NCBI GenBank assembly: GCA_014905635.1
Contig: CM026547.1
Coordinates: 4,588,001 to 4,652,000 of the forward strand
DNA from: Scenedesmus sp. PABB004
Lineage: Eukaryota
Direction of reading: 5' to 3'
Length of the DNA stretch: 64,000 nucleotides
The notes beneath the pieces are model-generated. The model ran no database searches and was not told where the DNA came from. It saw only the letters and a program-made list of their open reading frames with translations. A program made the position numbers and the translations under genes. Below, piece by piece: positions 1 to 12,000 of this stretch. Every line of letters begins with the position of its first letter. Within the stretch, counting starts at the first letter, position 1.

Positions 1-1352
1 CGCAGCCGCGGCGGCCCCACAGCCCGCTCACCCGTCGCCGGGCGCGCGCGGCGCGCCGGCCGCCGCGCCGGCCGCGGCGCTCGCGGCAGCGGCGCCCGCC
101 GCCGCGGCCGCGGCCGCGGCGGCCTCCGCGTGGGCCAGCTCCTCCTCGTCCACCTGCCCGGGCGGCGCGGCGCGGCGCCGCACGCGTGGGCGTCGAGCGC
201 CGCGCGCGCCGGCGCCGGCGCGCGGCGGCGCGCCCAAGGGCGCGGGCGCGGCGCCGCACCTGGCCCGCCAGGATCGCGTCGATCTCGGCGTTGCTCAGCG
301 TCTGCGGCACGTCGCAGCTCGCGGCGGCGCCGTCCCAGGCGTTGTCCTTGCAGGACCAGTCGTCGGTGAACGTGTCGTCCCCGAGCGCGTACGGCACCTT
401 GCGCCACTTGCTGCACGCCGCGCACTGCACCCACTTTTGCAGCTCGCGCCGCGGCGCGGCGCCGAGGGCGGCGGCCTCCGGCCCGCCGGGGCCGGCCGCG
501 CCGGCCGGCGCGGCGTGCGCGCCGCCGGGCGCGGGCGCGGCCTCCGGCGCCGCTGCCTCGGGCGCCACCGCCGGGGGCCGGCGGGCGCCGCCTCGTGCTG
601 CGCCGGCGGCGCCGGCGCGGGCGCCGCCTCGGCGGCAGCTGCGCCGCCAGCGTCGGCCTCGGCCGCCGGCGCCGGCGCCTCCCCCACTGCCGGCGGCGCC
701 TCGGGGGGCAGCGCCTCTGTGGGCGGCGCCTCCGCTGCCTGCTGGTCAGCGCCGCCGCTGGCAGGCGCCGCCGCCGGCTCTGCCGCGGCCGCCGCCGGCT
801 CCGCTGCGGCCGCCGCCGGCTCGCCGAGCGGCGCGGGCGCCACTGCCGGCGCCTCCTCCTTGTCTGGCGCCGCCTTGGTGTCGCTGAGCGCCGCGGGGTG
901 CTGCTGCTGCTGCTGCTGCTGCTCCTGCTTCACCGCGGCGAGCGCCTCCTCCCTGCGTGGCGCCGGGCGGCGGCGGCGGCGGCGGCGCCCGGTGAGCGAG
1001 GAGGTGGGGCCTTGGCAGGCGCCGGCGCGGCGCTGCGGTCACACTGCCGCAGCGGCGCGCACCGCTCGGGCCCGGGCGCGGCGTCCGCCGGCCCAGGCTC
1101 GACGTCCATCGGCACGTCGCCGGCGCCGCTCGGCAGCGGCGCTGCCGCCGGCGCCGGCGGCGCGGCCGCTGCGTCGGTCATGGTTGCATCCTGCGCGTCA
1201 GCCGGCGTCCGCGGCGGCCGTGGGCGCGGCGCTGGGCGGGAGGCCAGGCCGCCCGGCAGCTGCGCAGCTCCCGCTTGAACTGGGGCCGCCTCCCGGGGCG
1301 CGAGCGCTGCCGGCGGCGGCGCGTGCGGGCGCACCTCCTCGAGCGCACTCAT
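1..1352 (-). CDS. CW-type zinc finger (zf-CW) chromatin protein, N-terminal part; runs off the window start
   Basis: Minus-strand exon ~261-460 encodes KWVQCAACSKWRKVPYALGDDTFTDDWSCKDNAWDGAAASCDVPQ, matching the zf-CW pattern. Upstream are low-complexity A/P/E exons with GT-AG introns; putative start MSALEE at 1352 (alternative 1181). One apparent frameshift at the G5 run 573-577. Confidence 0.8.
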
Positions 1353-1731
1353 CGGGCGCCGCACCACATCCAGGGGCGCCCCGTCCTGCGCGCGGGCGCG
1401 GGCCATCGCAGCAGGCTCAGCCCCCGGGCGCGGGCGGCACTGCGGGCGCGCCAGGGCACGCCCACTGGCCGGTGCATGCGCCCACGGGGCATGCGGGCGC
1501 CCAGGGCGCGGCGCAGGCGCGGGGGCCGGGCCATGTTGTGGGGCCACCGCGCGCACCGCCAGGCGCGCCCGCGCGCCGGCAGCGACCCGATCCATCGCCG
1601 GCCGTGCCCCCGGCGCGGCGCCGGCGCGCAGGGGCTCACCAGCGCGTGCGTTCGAAGCCGCTCTGCTGCTGGCACGCCCGGGAGCGCGCGCCGCTTGTTC
1701 ACGGGGTTCCTAGCTCTCCCCACAGCGTCAC

Positions 1732-2506
1732 TGGACGGCCATGGGGCGGCAGGGGCGCGTGGCGGGGGCGCAGAAGGCACGCAATCGATCAGGCTCGAAC
1801 GGCCGCGCTGCGGCGCCTGCACGCGCTGCCACGACGCCGGGGGCAGCTCGCCGATCTGCGGCGCTCCACTCTCAGCGGCGGGAGGCGCTGGATCGTCCGG
1901 CCACGGCGGGCCGCTTGTTATGCCACACTCGGGCGCGGGGCGCACTGCCGGCCGTCCCGCCCGCGCCGCGCTGGCCGCCCCCACCACGGCGCAGGGCCGG
2001 TCCTCCCCCATGCCGCCCGGGGGGGCCCACTCCCTCCACCCCTCGCCCCCGCCGCTGGTGGCCGCGTCAGGCGCCGGGCGCTGGTGGCCGCAGCCCGGCA
2101 GGCGCTGGGCCTCGCGCCGCACGCTGCCGGCAGTGGGCGCGCCGCACGGGCTGGCGGCGGCGGGCGCGTGGCGCCGACCGCTGCTGCCGGCCGCCGGCCG
2201 CTGCGCGCACCGGCGGCGCGCGTGGGGCTGCCGGCAGCGCCGCGCGGCCTGGCGGGCTGGCTCTGCGATGGTGGTGGCGGTCCGGGGAGCCGCCGGCGCT
2301 GGCAGCTGGCCGCTGCTCGAGCTCCCCCTGGCGCTGCCGTGGGTGCGCAGCGCTGGCGCGCGGCGCCGCCGCCGCGGGCGCGCGCAGCGCAGCCGGGCGC
2401 GGCCGCAGCGGTTACAGCTGCTGCCCGCGACTGCACACACCACACGCGCACCCCTCGCCCCCTTCCTGCCACCCGCCGACGGCCGGCCCTGCACACGCAG
2501 CGCGGG
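1732..2506 (+). repeat. Left arm of a long near-perfect inverted repeat
   Basis: 1732-2482 is the reverse complement of 3841-4592 apart from about 3 substitutions and 2 small indels; looser similarity extends to ~2506/3805. Confidence 0.97.
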
Positions 2507-2818
2507 CGGCCTCGGGCGGGCGGCGCGACCACTGCTGGCGCCGACAGCTGCGCGCCGGCGGTGCCCACGCGCTGCCGGAGTGCGAGCCGGAACCAGCGCA
2601 CACGCGCGTCCAAGTCGAATTGCGACGATGACAGCGCTGCGCCCTGACCTGACCGGGCCCGCCCAGCTGCCGCCGCCGCGACCCCCCCCCCCCCGCAGCG
2701 CGCCGACAGCTCCCCAAGACGCCCCGCCGCAGTCCCCGCCATCTCACGCCGCGCCAGCCAGCAGCGACCGCGAGCCCGCGCGCCAGCCACCCTCCGCGCG
2801 CGTAGGGAGCACGACGCC

Positions 2819-3487
2819 ATGGCGCCCGCGGCCAAGCTCGATCCCGCGAGTGCGGCATACAGGAAACTGATGCATCGGGCGCTCAGCAAGGCCGAAATCA
2901 AAGTGAGTGGCGCCAGGGCGCCGAGCTGCCGCGCCGCGGGGCAACGATGCGCGGCGCCGAGCAGCTCACGGCAGCAGTTTGCGCGCTGGGACGCCCTGAC
3001 GCGGGCTGCCAGGCGCAAGGCGGCCGCGGCGCGCGCGTGGGGGTGCAGCACGCCTGCGTCAAGGGCGGTCGCAGCTGGCTGCGCGGCCTCGCCAGCGCCC
3101 TGCGCGGCGCACAGGCTTCACCGCCAGCGGCCGCCGGCGGCGCCAGCGGCGGCGGCGGGCGCGGCGGAGGCAGCACGCGCGCGCGGCGCCCAGCAGCGCA
3201 CGGCGCGCTCGGCCGAGCGCGGGTGCCAGCTGCACCCCCCCCCCGCCCCCTGCCCACCACCACGCCCTCGCTGCCGCGTCACACACTCCTCAGCGCCGCG
3301 CGCCGCCGCCGACGCCGGCGCCCACGCCACTGCCGCCGCCCCGTCGCGCGGCGCCGGCGCGCAGGACGACCTGGCCGCCATCCACCGCGAGCTCATGGCC
3401 CAGCAGTGCCACACGCCGCCAGGCAGCAGCGACGGCTCCGGGATGTCGGCGCAGCGCGGCCGGCGCGGGAGCCCGCCGGGGCGGTGA
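2819..3487 (+). CDS. Small two-exon orphan protein (~68 aa) in the inverted-repeat spacer
   Basis: gccATG at 2819; exon 1 MAPAAKLDPASAAYRKLMHRALSKAEIK; donor AAA|GTGAGT at 2903; acceptor CAG at 3364; in-frame exon 2 DDLAAIHRELMAQQCHTPPGSSDGSG...GR, TGA 3485-3487. Codon usage is coding-like. Confidence 0.55.
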   Translation: MAPAAKLDPASAAYRKLMHRALSKAEIKVSGARAPSCRAAGQRCAAPSSSRQQFARWDALTRAARRKAAAARAWGCSTPASRAVAAGCAASPAPCAAHRLHRQRPPAAPAAAAGAAEAARARGAQQRTARSAERGCQLHPPPAPCPPPRPRCRVTHSSAPRAAADAGAHATAAAPSRGAGAQDDLAAIHRELMAQQCHTPPGSSDGSGMSAQRGRRGSPPGR

Positions 3488-3804
3488 GCGTCGTCCGGGG
3501 TCGCAGCCGCGCGCGCCGGCAGGCCCCGGCGGAGCCAGGAGCGGCAGCAGGTTGAGGGGCGGCGGGTCGCAGGAGGAGTGCACTTTTTTTGGCGACGCGG
3601 GGCCAGGCGGCTGCTGGCGCACGCCCTGGGGGGGGGGGGGGGGGGCGGCCTTTGCTTGCGCGCGGCGCGCGCCGAACGGCAGGCGCGTGGGGCCGCCGCC
3701 GGGGCGCGCACCGGCGGGATTGCCGCTCGCGCGCAGGCGGGATTGCGAGGCAGCGAGGAGGCAGCGAGGACGCGGCATGCGCCGCCAGACGTCTGACGTC
3801 GACT

Positions 3805-4592
3805 CCCGCGCTGCGTGTGTGCGCACGGCCGGGCGCCAGCCCGTCGGCGGGTGGCAGGAAGGGCGAGGGGTGCGCGTGTGGTGTGTGCAGTCGCGGGCAG
3901 CAGCTGCAACCGCTGCGGCCGCGCCCGGCTGCGCTGCGCGCGCCCGCGGCGGCGGCGCCGCGCGCCAGCGCTGCGCACCCACGGCAGCGCCAGGGGGAGC
4001 TCGAGCAGCGGCCAGCTGCCAGCGCCGGCGGCTCCCCGGACCGCCACCACCATCGCAGAGCCAGCCCGCCAGGCCGCGCGGCGCTGCCGGCAGCCCCACG
4101 CGCGCCGCCGGTGCGCGCAGCGGCCGGCGGCCGGCAGCAGCGGTCGGCGCCACGCGCCCGCCGCCGCCAGCCCGTGCGGCGCGCCCACTGCCGGCAGCGT
4201 GCGGCGCGAGGCCCAGCGCCTGCCGGGCTGCGGCCACCAGCGCCCGGCGCCTGACGCGGCCACCAGCGGCGGGGGCGAGGGGTGGAGGGAGTGGGCCCCC
4301 CCGGGCGGCATGGGGGAGGACCGGCCCTGCGCCGTGGTGGTGGGGGCGGCCAGCGCGGCGCGGGCGGGACGGACGGCAGTGCGCCCCGCGCCCGAGTGTG
4401 GCATAACAAGCGGCCCGCCGTGGCCGGACGATCCAGCGCCTCCCGCTGCTGAGAGTGGAGCGCCGCAGATCGGCGAGCTGCCCCCGGCGTCGTGGCAGCG
4501 CGTGCAGGCGCCGCAGCGCGGCCGTTCGAGCCTGATCGATTGCGTGCCTTCTGCGCCCCCGCCACGCGCCCCTGCCGCCCCATGGCCGTCCA
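3805..4592 (-). repeat. Right arm of the long inverted repeat
   Basis: Reverse complement of 1732-2506; matching translations appear in ORFs 1275..2870(+) and 3118..4848(-). Confidence 0.97.
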
Positions 4593-4892
4593 CGGCGCCG
4601 GCGGCGGCGTCGGCGGCTGGTCCGGAGTTTTTCGCCCTGACCGCCGACGCGGCGCCCGGCTGTGGCGTGTGCGCCGGAGCCGTCGTCTCTGCCCCAGGGC
4701 TGGCGGTCTGTCGAGCTGTCCATGAATTCAAGCAGCCCCGGGGTTCCGCGCCCGGCCGGGCGTTTGCGCCGCCGCCGGCCTTCCGGCGCCGCGCCCGGGC
4801 GCCGCCGCACTCGCGCCGGCCCCCTGCTGCGCTCCCCGACACCGACATGACTGCTGTAGACCTAGCCTAGCCCACACAGAGACGCGAGCGCC

Positions 4893-7608
4893 ATGCTGCT
4901 CTTCGCGGGCCGAGGCCTCGCCCCCGGCGCGCTGGCGCCAGGGTGCGTGGCGGCCCTGCGCCACCTGGCCCGGGCGGCCATCCACGGCGCCGCGGCGCCG
5001 CTGCCCGGCGCGCCGGCGGCGCCCGGGCCGGCCGGCCCCCTCGGCGCGCCCAAGGGCGCCGCGGCCCAGCCGGGCCGTGCCGGGGCCTCGCCGGCGGCGG
5101 AGCCGATTGCCGAAAGCAGCCGCACCATCAAGGGCCTGCTGGACGGCCTGCTCCAGCAGCAGGAGGGCCGCCCCGGGCCCATGCCAACCGCGCAGGTGCG
5201 CCCGGCTCGCCAGGGGCCCGCCGCGGCGCCGCGCCCCCTCCCCCCGCCTCGGCGCCTCACCGCCGCGCCGTCGACACAGGGCGTTGACCGGCCGGCGGCC
5301 GGCGGCGGCCAACAACACCTCGACGCCGCCGCCGCGCCGGGCGCGGCCGACGCGGGCTGCCAGCCGTACGGCGCGCGGGCCAGCGGCGCCCAGGTGCGGA
5401 TGGACAGCCAGCTCATCTTTGACTCCTGCTGGCGGCGCTTCCGCGACAAGCACGGCATGGTGCGCAGCAGCGCGCTGCGCGTGCGGCGCCGCGCCGCCGC
5501 GCCCCCCTTTCTCTGGCGCGCGCGCTCACCGCGGCCGCGCCTCCGCCGCAGAACTTCTCGGCGCCGCGCGAGGTCATCTGGCTCAACGGCGCGCCCGGCT
5601 CGGGCAAGGTGTGTGCGCGCGCGCGCCCGGCGCCGGCAGCAGCAGCCCTCCCCGCTACCGCGCGCGGCCGCCCGCCCCTGCCGCCGCCGCCGCTTCACCC
5701 CTGCCGCCGCCGCCCGGGGCGCAGGGCGTGTCGACGCCGCACATCATGAAGGCGCGCGGCATGGCGCGCTCGGTGTGCGTGTCGTCGCTGCTGTCGGGCG
5801 CGCCCGAGGCGCGCGGGTTCATCGAGGCGGGCGAGATGATCGGCGACCACGTCGTCGGCGACCTGCTGCTTGAGGCGCTGCTCCTCCCCGCGTCGGCGGG
5901 GCTCACCACGGCGGAGCTGAACGTCGTCATCGACGGCTTCCCGCGCACCGCGGTGCAGGTGCGCCCCGCAGCAGCGGCGCGGCGCTGCGGCGGCGGCGCG
6001 CGCCCCGCAGCGGCGGGCGCAGCCCCGTCCGCGTGCAGCAGCAGGCGCGGCGGCCGGTCGGGGCGCCGCCCGAGCGCGCCGCGCCGCGCCGCGCCGGGCG
6101 GCAGGTCGACTTTGTGAAGCTGCTGGAGGACAAGCTGCGCTACCTGCACACCAAGTTCATGGACACGCCGCTCGGGCCGCGCTTCCCGCGGCCGGCGTTC
6201 AAGGTGGTCATGCTGTACGTCGACGAGGCCACCTCCATCGGCCGCCAGCTCGCGCGCGCAGCCGCGGCGCAGGCGCACAACGCGCGCGCCAAGGACGCCG
6301 GCGGGCGGGAGGCGGGACTGCGCCTCGCCGAGGAGCGGGTGACGGACGCGCTGCCGGATCGAGCTCACAAGCGGTATTCCATTTTCCGACAGCACTACCC
6401 GGCCATCCTGCGCCTCAAGCAGGCACGCGGCCGCCGGGAGGCAGCGCGCGGCGCGCCGCAGCGTCCCGCGGCGCCCGGCGGCGGCGGCGGCGTGCGCCAG
6501 GCGGCGCGCGCTCACCCGCGCGCCCGCCCCCATGCCCCGCGCCCGCCGCCTGCGCCCGCGCAGTTCTTTGCGTTCCACCTCATCGACGCGTGCGGCAGCC
6601 CCAGCGACACGCAGGAGCAGATCCTGCAGGAGCTGCGCTACCAGTCGAGCCTGGACCTCAGCGAGGAGGCGTACGCGGCCATCAGGTGCGCATGCGTGCG
6701 CACGCGCGCACGTGGCAGGGACGGGAGGGGGGGGGGGGCACCGCGGGCGGCGGCGGACGGCGCACGCGGGGCGGCGGCGCCCGACGCGGCCCGCACACGC
6801 CGCGCCGCGCAGGCACCTGCCGCTCGCCAAGGACCTGCAGCACACCGCGCGGCAGCAGCTGGTCAGCCGGCTGGAGGCCTACGCGCGGCAGCAGCGCCCG
6901 CTCTTTGCGCGCGTGCTCGCGCTGCTGCAGGGTGAGGTGCTGCCGCTGCTGGAGCAGGGCGCGCTGTGCGGCGCGGCCGAGTGGGTCACGCAGGAGGAGC
7001 TCTTTGCCGCGCACCCCGCGGCGATCGGGATGCTGCTCGACGTCGTGACCGACCGCGGCTTCTCGGCGCACTACGTGCGCGAGGCGCTGCCGGTGCCGTT
7101 CCGCTTTGACGCGGCGAGCGGCGCGATCGAGACGCGCGTGTCGCCGCTGCACCGCTTCCGCTTCGCCTTTGCCGCGCCCGGCCTGCGCGACGGCGGCGCG
7201 CTCAAGGCGCTCGAGATCGCGGCGCGCATCACCGAGGCGAGCCGCGGCGGCGCCGGCGGCGCGGGCGGCGCCGACGCGGGCGCGCCCGGCGCCGCCGCCG
7301 GCGGCGGCGCGTCGCCGATCACCGAGTCGTTCATCCCGGCGCACCTCGACGTGGAGGCGCGCATGCGCGCGCAGGAGGCGGCGCGCGGCCGCGCGCGCGT
7401 CGCGCTCGCGGGCGCCGGCGGCGGCGCCGCCGCGGCGACGGCGGCGCGCGCGCCGTGCGGCGGCGACGCGTCGGCGTGCGGCGGCGGCGCCGCCACGGGC
7501 GCCGTGGCCGAGGGCGAGGGCGACGTGCTGGTCATCCACCGCTGCACGCGGCCCGACATCGGCTGCGGCCACGCGCACGAGCTGGAGGTCGTGTCGGCCA
7601 GCGGCTGA
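4893..7608 (+). CDS. Adenylate/nucleoside-monophosphate kinase family protein with N-terminal targeting peptide and long C-terminal extension
   Basis: Spliced product contains the P-loop VIWLNGAPGSGKG, VVIDGFPRTAVQV and FHLIDACGS...ELRYQSSLDL; about 5 introns, one with a GC donor at 6423. Confidence 0.85.
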
Positions 7609-9095
7609 GCGCCGGCCGGGCGCCGCGTGCGCGCGCACAGGCCTCTGACGACCGACCCGTCCCGCGGCCGCCGCCACCGCGCGCGGCCGCATCCCCTGGC
7701 GCGGGGCGCCCCCCTGTTCTTTGCCGGCGTGTGCGCGTGTTTGTTTCGCAGTTGAGACCGCCCTTGCGTGCGTGCGCCCTTGCGCTCCCCAGCAGGCACA
7801 CTTGTCTTGTCTTGACGCGCCGCGACCCCGCGCGCGCGGCGCCACCGCGCCGTGGCAGCGGCGCGCGCAGCGACCAGCGCCGCAGCGGCAGCCCGCTGCG
7901 CGCCCCGGCGCCGGCGCGTGGATGCGGCGCGGCGCACGGCGGCGGCGGCGCGCCGCGTGACGCGCAGCGCGCGTGCAGCCCTCTGCTGTGCCACGCTCGC
8001 GGGCGCGGCCGCTGCTGCCGCCGCCGCCGCCGCTGCTGCTGCGGCGGCGCTCGGCGCCGCCTTGACTTGAGCTCCCCGGCTTGATTGGCGGCGCGGCGCA
8101 CTCGCGCGCTCGCGCACACACGCACTGCCTTCAACGCAAACCAGCACCCCGACACACGGGCGCGCGCTCGCGGCGCGATCGGCACCATCGCCGGCGGCCG
8201 GCCGGGCCCACGGGGGCCGCGGCCGCCGCCGCGCGCAGCCGACGCGCCGCCGCGCGCGCCGCGCCATGCCGCGCCAGGCATGCGCCCCCTGCTGCTGCAG
8301 CTCTCTCTCTCCCGAACACTGCTGTTGTTTCCCCGGGCCCACGTGTGCGTGCGTGCGGCTGCTTGGCACCGACCGACAAGAAGCACGAGCTCGCGCGCAG
8401 CGATGTGTGCCGAGCGTGCGGGCGCGCTCCAGATTGGGCGCGCGCGCGGGGCGGGGCGGGCGGGGCGTGCCCGCCATCATTCTGGCGGGCGCCGCGCCCG
8501 CGCGGTCTGCTCGGCTCGGCTGCTGGGCTGTCGCTGGGCTCTGGGCGGGGCGCACGCGTCGCGCGCGGCGCGGCGCGCCGCCATCGTGGCGCGCCGCCGC
8601 GGCGCGGCGCGCGGCGGCCCCGCAGGCTCGGCACCTGTACTCTGATGCTGCTGCGCTGCTCGACGAGGCTGCTGGAGCTGCTGCTGTGCGACGAGGCACC
8701 GTTTAACCGTCGCGCTCGCTGAGCCGCCGCCGCCGAGGTCCGGGCCCCTCCGCTCGCTCGCCAGCTGATCCTCCCTCCCTCCAGCGCGGCAGGAGGCAGC
8801 AGAGGGGCCCAGGAGAAGGTTTGGTTGCAGCTTCCGCCCATCCCGACATCCCGGCCCTTGCCTGACGGCGCCCAGGTGCGAGAGATTTCGTCGCGAGGCA
8901 GGCCGGGGGCGCCGGCGGCAGGCACGGGCGCGGGCGGGCATCCCTGCGCCCGGCCCCGCCCCGGTCTCGCCGCGGGGCGAGCGCCCCCCAGCGGCCGCCC
9001 GTCGCGTCGGGGCGTGACACCGCCGCTGTTTCGTGCCCCGGCGCGCCGCTCCGGCCCGCAGGCGCGCCGCTGGGGGCAACTTTGTGGGGGAAGCC

Positions 9096-12000
9096 ATGAA
9101 TTCTGCCCCGGGCGCCCCGCCTGGGCGACTATCCGACTGCTCCCCGGCCTCCCCGGCGGCCGGCGGCGTGCGGAGTCGGGCCTGGTGGCCCGCGACGGCG
9201 CTCGCCCGCAGCAACGACCCGCGGCGCCGCGAAGACACGCCCGTCCTGTCCCCGGTGTCTTCGCTGTTCGCCTACGCGCCGCTGGGGCGCGCGCCCGGCG
9301 GCGCGGCCGACGGCAGCGACGGCGGCGACGGCGGCGGCGTCGCGCAGCACGCTGCGCGCGACGCGGCCGACGGGGCGCGCGCCGCCGTCGGGCCCGACGA
9401 GGCGGCCGACGACGACGACTTGGACGACCTGCTGAGCGGCCTCCTGGGCGGCGGCGGCGGCGGGCAGCTCTCCACGACCGCGGCGAGCTCCGCGACGCCC
9501 TCCGCGCCCGCCTCGCTGGACCTCGCGCGCTCCTCCGACGCGTCGGAGAGCGGCGCGCCCGCCCCCGCGTCGCCGCCGGCGGCGGCCGCCCGCGGGCCCC
9601 CGGCTGCTACTCCCCCCCGCTGGGCGCGTTGGCGGCCGAGGACTCGGCGGGCGACGACCCGCCCCTGCTCAGCCGGCGGCGCGGCGCGCCGGCGAGCCCC
9701 CCGAACGGCGTCGTGCCCGGCAGCCCCGCGGCGCCCGCGCGCGGCCTGCCCGCGTGCCCGGCCCGCCCGAACGACGGGCAGGGGCCGCCGGCGGCGCAGC
9801 AGGCCGCGGCGGCAGGTTGCGCCGGCGGCGGCGGCGGCGACGCGCCCAGCGGCGGCGCGCCTGGCGCCGCGCTGTTCACGCCGCACCCGGCGTGGGCGGC
9901 GCAGGGCGCGTGCGTGCGCCGCGTGGCCGTGTTCCTGACCCCCGCCTCGCGCGAGCTGCTGCTGTCGCTCGCGCCGCCGCTGCACGAGCTCGTGAGCGCC
10001 GACCACATGCCCCTCGCGACGGCGCCGCCGATCGAGCACGTGCTGCTGTCGTGGCCGCTCGGCGCCGAGGTGCCGCTCGCGGTCATCGGCGGCGCGGCCG
10101 ACGCGCGCGTGCAGGCGGTCGCGGCCGACCCGCCGCCCTGGCTGCCGCCGACGACGTGCGCCGCGACGTACATCACGCTGTCGTGCGCGCTCGGCGCGCG
10201 GCCCGAGGAGGGCGGGCTGCTCGTCCGCGACGCGCTCGCGCGCGTCGCGCTCGGCGGCGGCGGCGCCGCGCCGCCGGGCGCGGTCGGCGCGTACCGCGCC
10301 TGGGACGAGCCGCTGCCGCTCGTCGGCCGCGTCGGCGTCCTGCTCGGGCCGCCGCCGGGCGCCGCGCCGGGCGGCGGCGGCGGGCGCGAGGTCGTCGCGT
10401 TCAGCCCCGAGGAGATGGAGGCGAGCGGGCTGGTCACGGTCGGGCGGGACAACCTCGAGCGCTTCTACCGCCGCCACGGCGACCGCCTGGGCAAGACCAA
10501 GGTGCGCGGCGCGGCGCGCGGGCGGGCGCGCGGCAGCGGGCGGCAGCAGCGGCCGGCAGCAGCGGGCGGCGGCAGCGGCCGGCTGCAGCGGGCGGCGCGT
10601 GCGCGGTCCCCGCTGACGCCGCCCCGCCCGCAAGCGCGCGCGCGCAGCCCGACACCCTGCCCCGGCAGCCCAGCCCGCCCGAGCCCTACTCGCCGATGGC
10701 GCAGCCCTCGGCGCGCATGCCGTTTGCCCCCGCGGCCGGCGGCGACTGCTGGAGCCCGCTGCTGGCGGCGGCGCCGGGCGGTGCGCCGCCGCCGTACCAG
10801 CCGCCGCTGCTGCAGCTCGGCCCGCCCGCGACGCCCGTCGGCGGCGACGGCGACGACGACGACAGCGCGAGCACGCGCAGCGGCAGCAGCGGCAGCGCCG
10901 ACGCGGTGCAGTTCAAGAGCGCGGTGCGCGCGGGCGACGCCGTGGCGCTGCGCCCGTTTGTGCCCGTCGCGGGGCGCGCGCGCCTGGTGACGGGCCGCGT
11001 GCGCGAGTTTGCGTGCGACGAGGCGTTCCAGGGCAACGGCGTGATGGTGGTGCTGGACGACAACACGATCGGCTTTGTCACGGCGGTGCTGGTGGATGGC
11101 GCGGCCGCGTCGTCCCCGCCGCCGCCCGGCAAACGCGCCAGGGCGGGCGGCAGGGCGAGGCGCGGGCACCGCGCCAGCGGCGGCAGCGGCGGCGGCCTGC
11201 AGCCGGGCGCCTCGGCCGACGCGGCGGAGCTGAGCGAGTGGGCGCTGCGCGCGCACGACGGCGCGGGCCTCGGCCTGCGCCTGCGCAGCGAGGCCGACGC
11301 GGCGCATGACATGGAGCTGTGGGACCAGTTTGACGCGCTGCAGCGCGAGCACGGCGAGGCGCTGTGCAGCGCCATCCTCGCCGAGTGCGGGCAGGACTTT
11401 GTGGAGGCGATCGCGCTCATCAGGGCGCAGCACGCGCGCCTCAGCGCCGGCTCGCCGAGCTCGCCGGCCGCGCCGCCGGCGCCGCCGACCGCGGGCGAAG
11501 AGCTCGCGCAGCAGCTGGCGCTGTCGGTCGGGCTCGCGCCCGGCGGCGTGCTGCAGCTGTGCCGGCTGGCGCCCGAGGCGTCGCCGGAGTGCGTGGTGGA
11601 GCTGCTGCAGGCGGCGGGCGGCGACGTGGCCAAGGCGGCCGACGCGCTCATGACCGCGCAGGCCGCCGCGGAGCACGACCGCGACGGCGGCGTGCGGGCG
11701 GCTGCGGCTGAGGCCGCGGAGGAGGCGCAGGCGCGCGCGGCCGCGCTCAAGGCGGCGGCAGCTGCTGAGGCCGCCGAGGAGGCGCGCGCGCACGCGGCCG
11801 CGATCGCGGCGGCGGCAGCGGCTGAGGCCGCCGAGGAGGCACGCGAGCACGCGGCCGCGCTAAAGGCGGCGGCGGCGGCTGAGGCCGCCGAGGAGGCGCG
11901 CGCGCACGCGGCGGCGATCGCGGCGGCCGCGGCGGCCGAGGCCGCCGAGGAGGCGCAGGCGCGCGCGGCCGCGCTCAGGGCGGCGGCAGACGCCGAGGCT

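Noticed and set aside
437..4870. Long ORFs across the inverted-repeat arms (e.g. 437..2647, 1275..2870, 3118..4848, 3815..4870) as transposase or novel proteins
   Set aside because: R/A/P/G-rich translations with no motifs; stop codons are simply rare at this GC content, and a 2-bp indel between the arms shifts frame.
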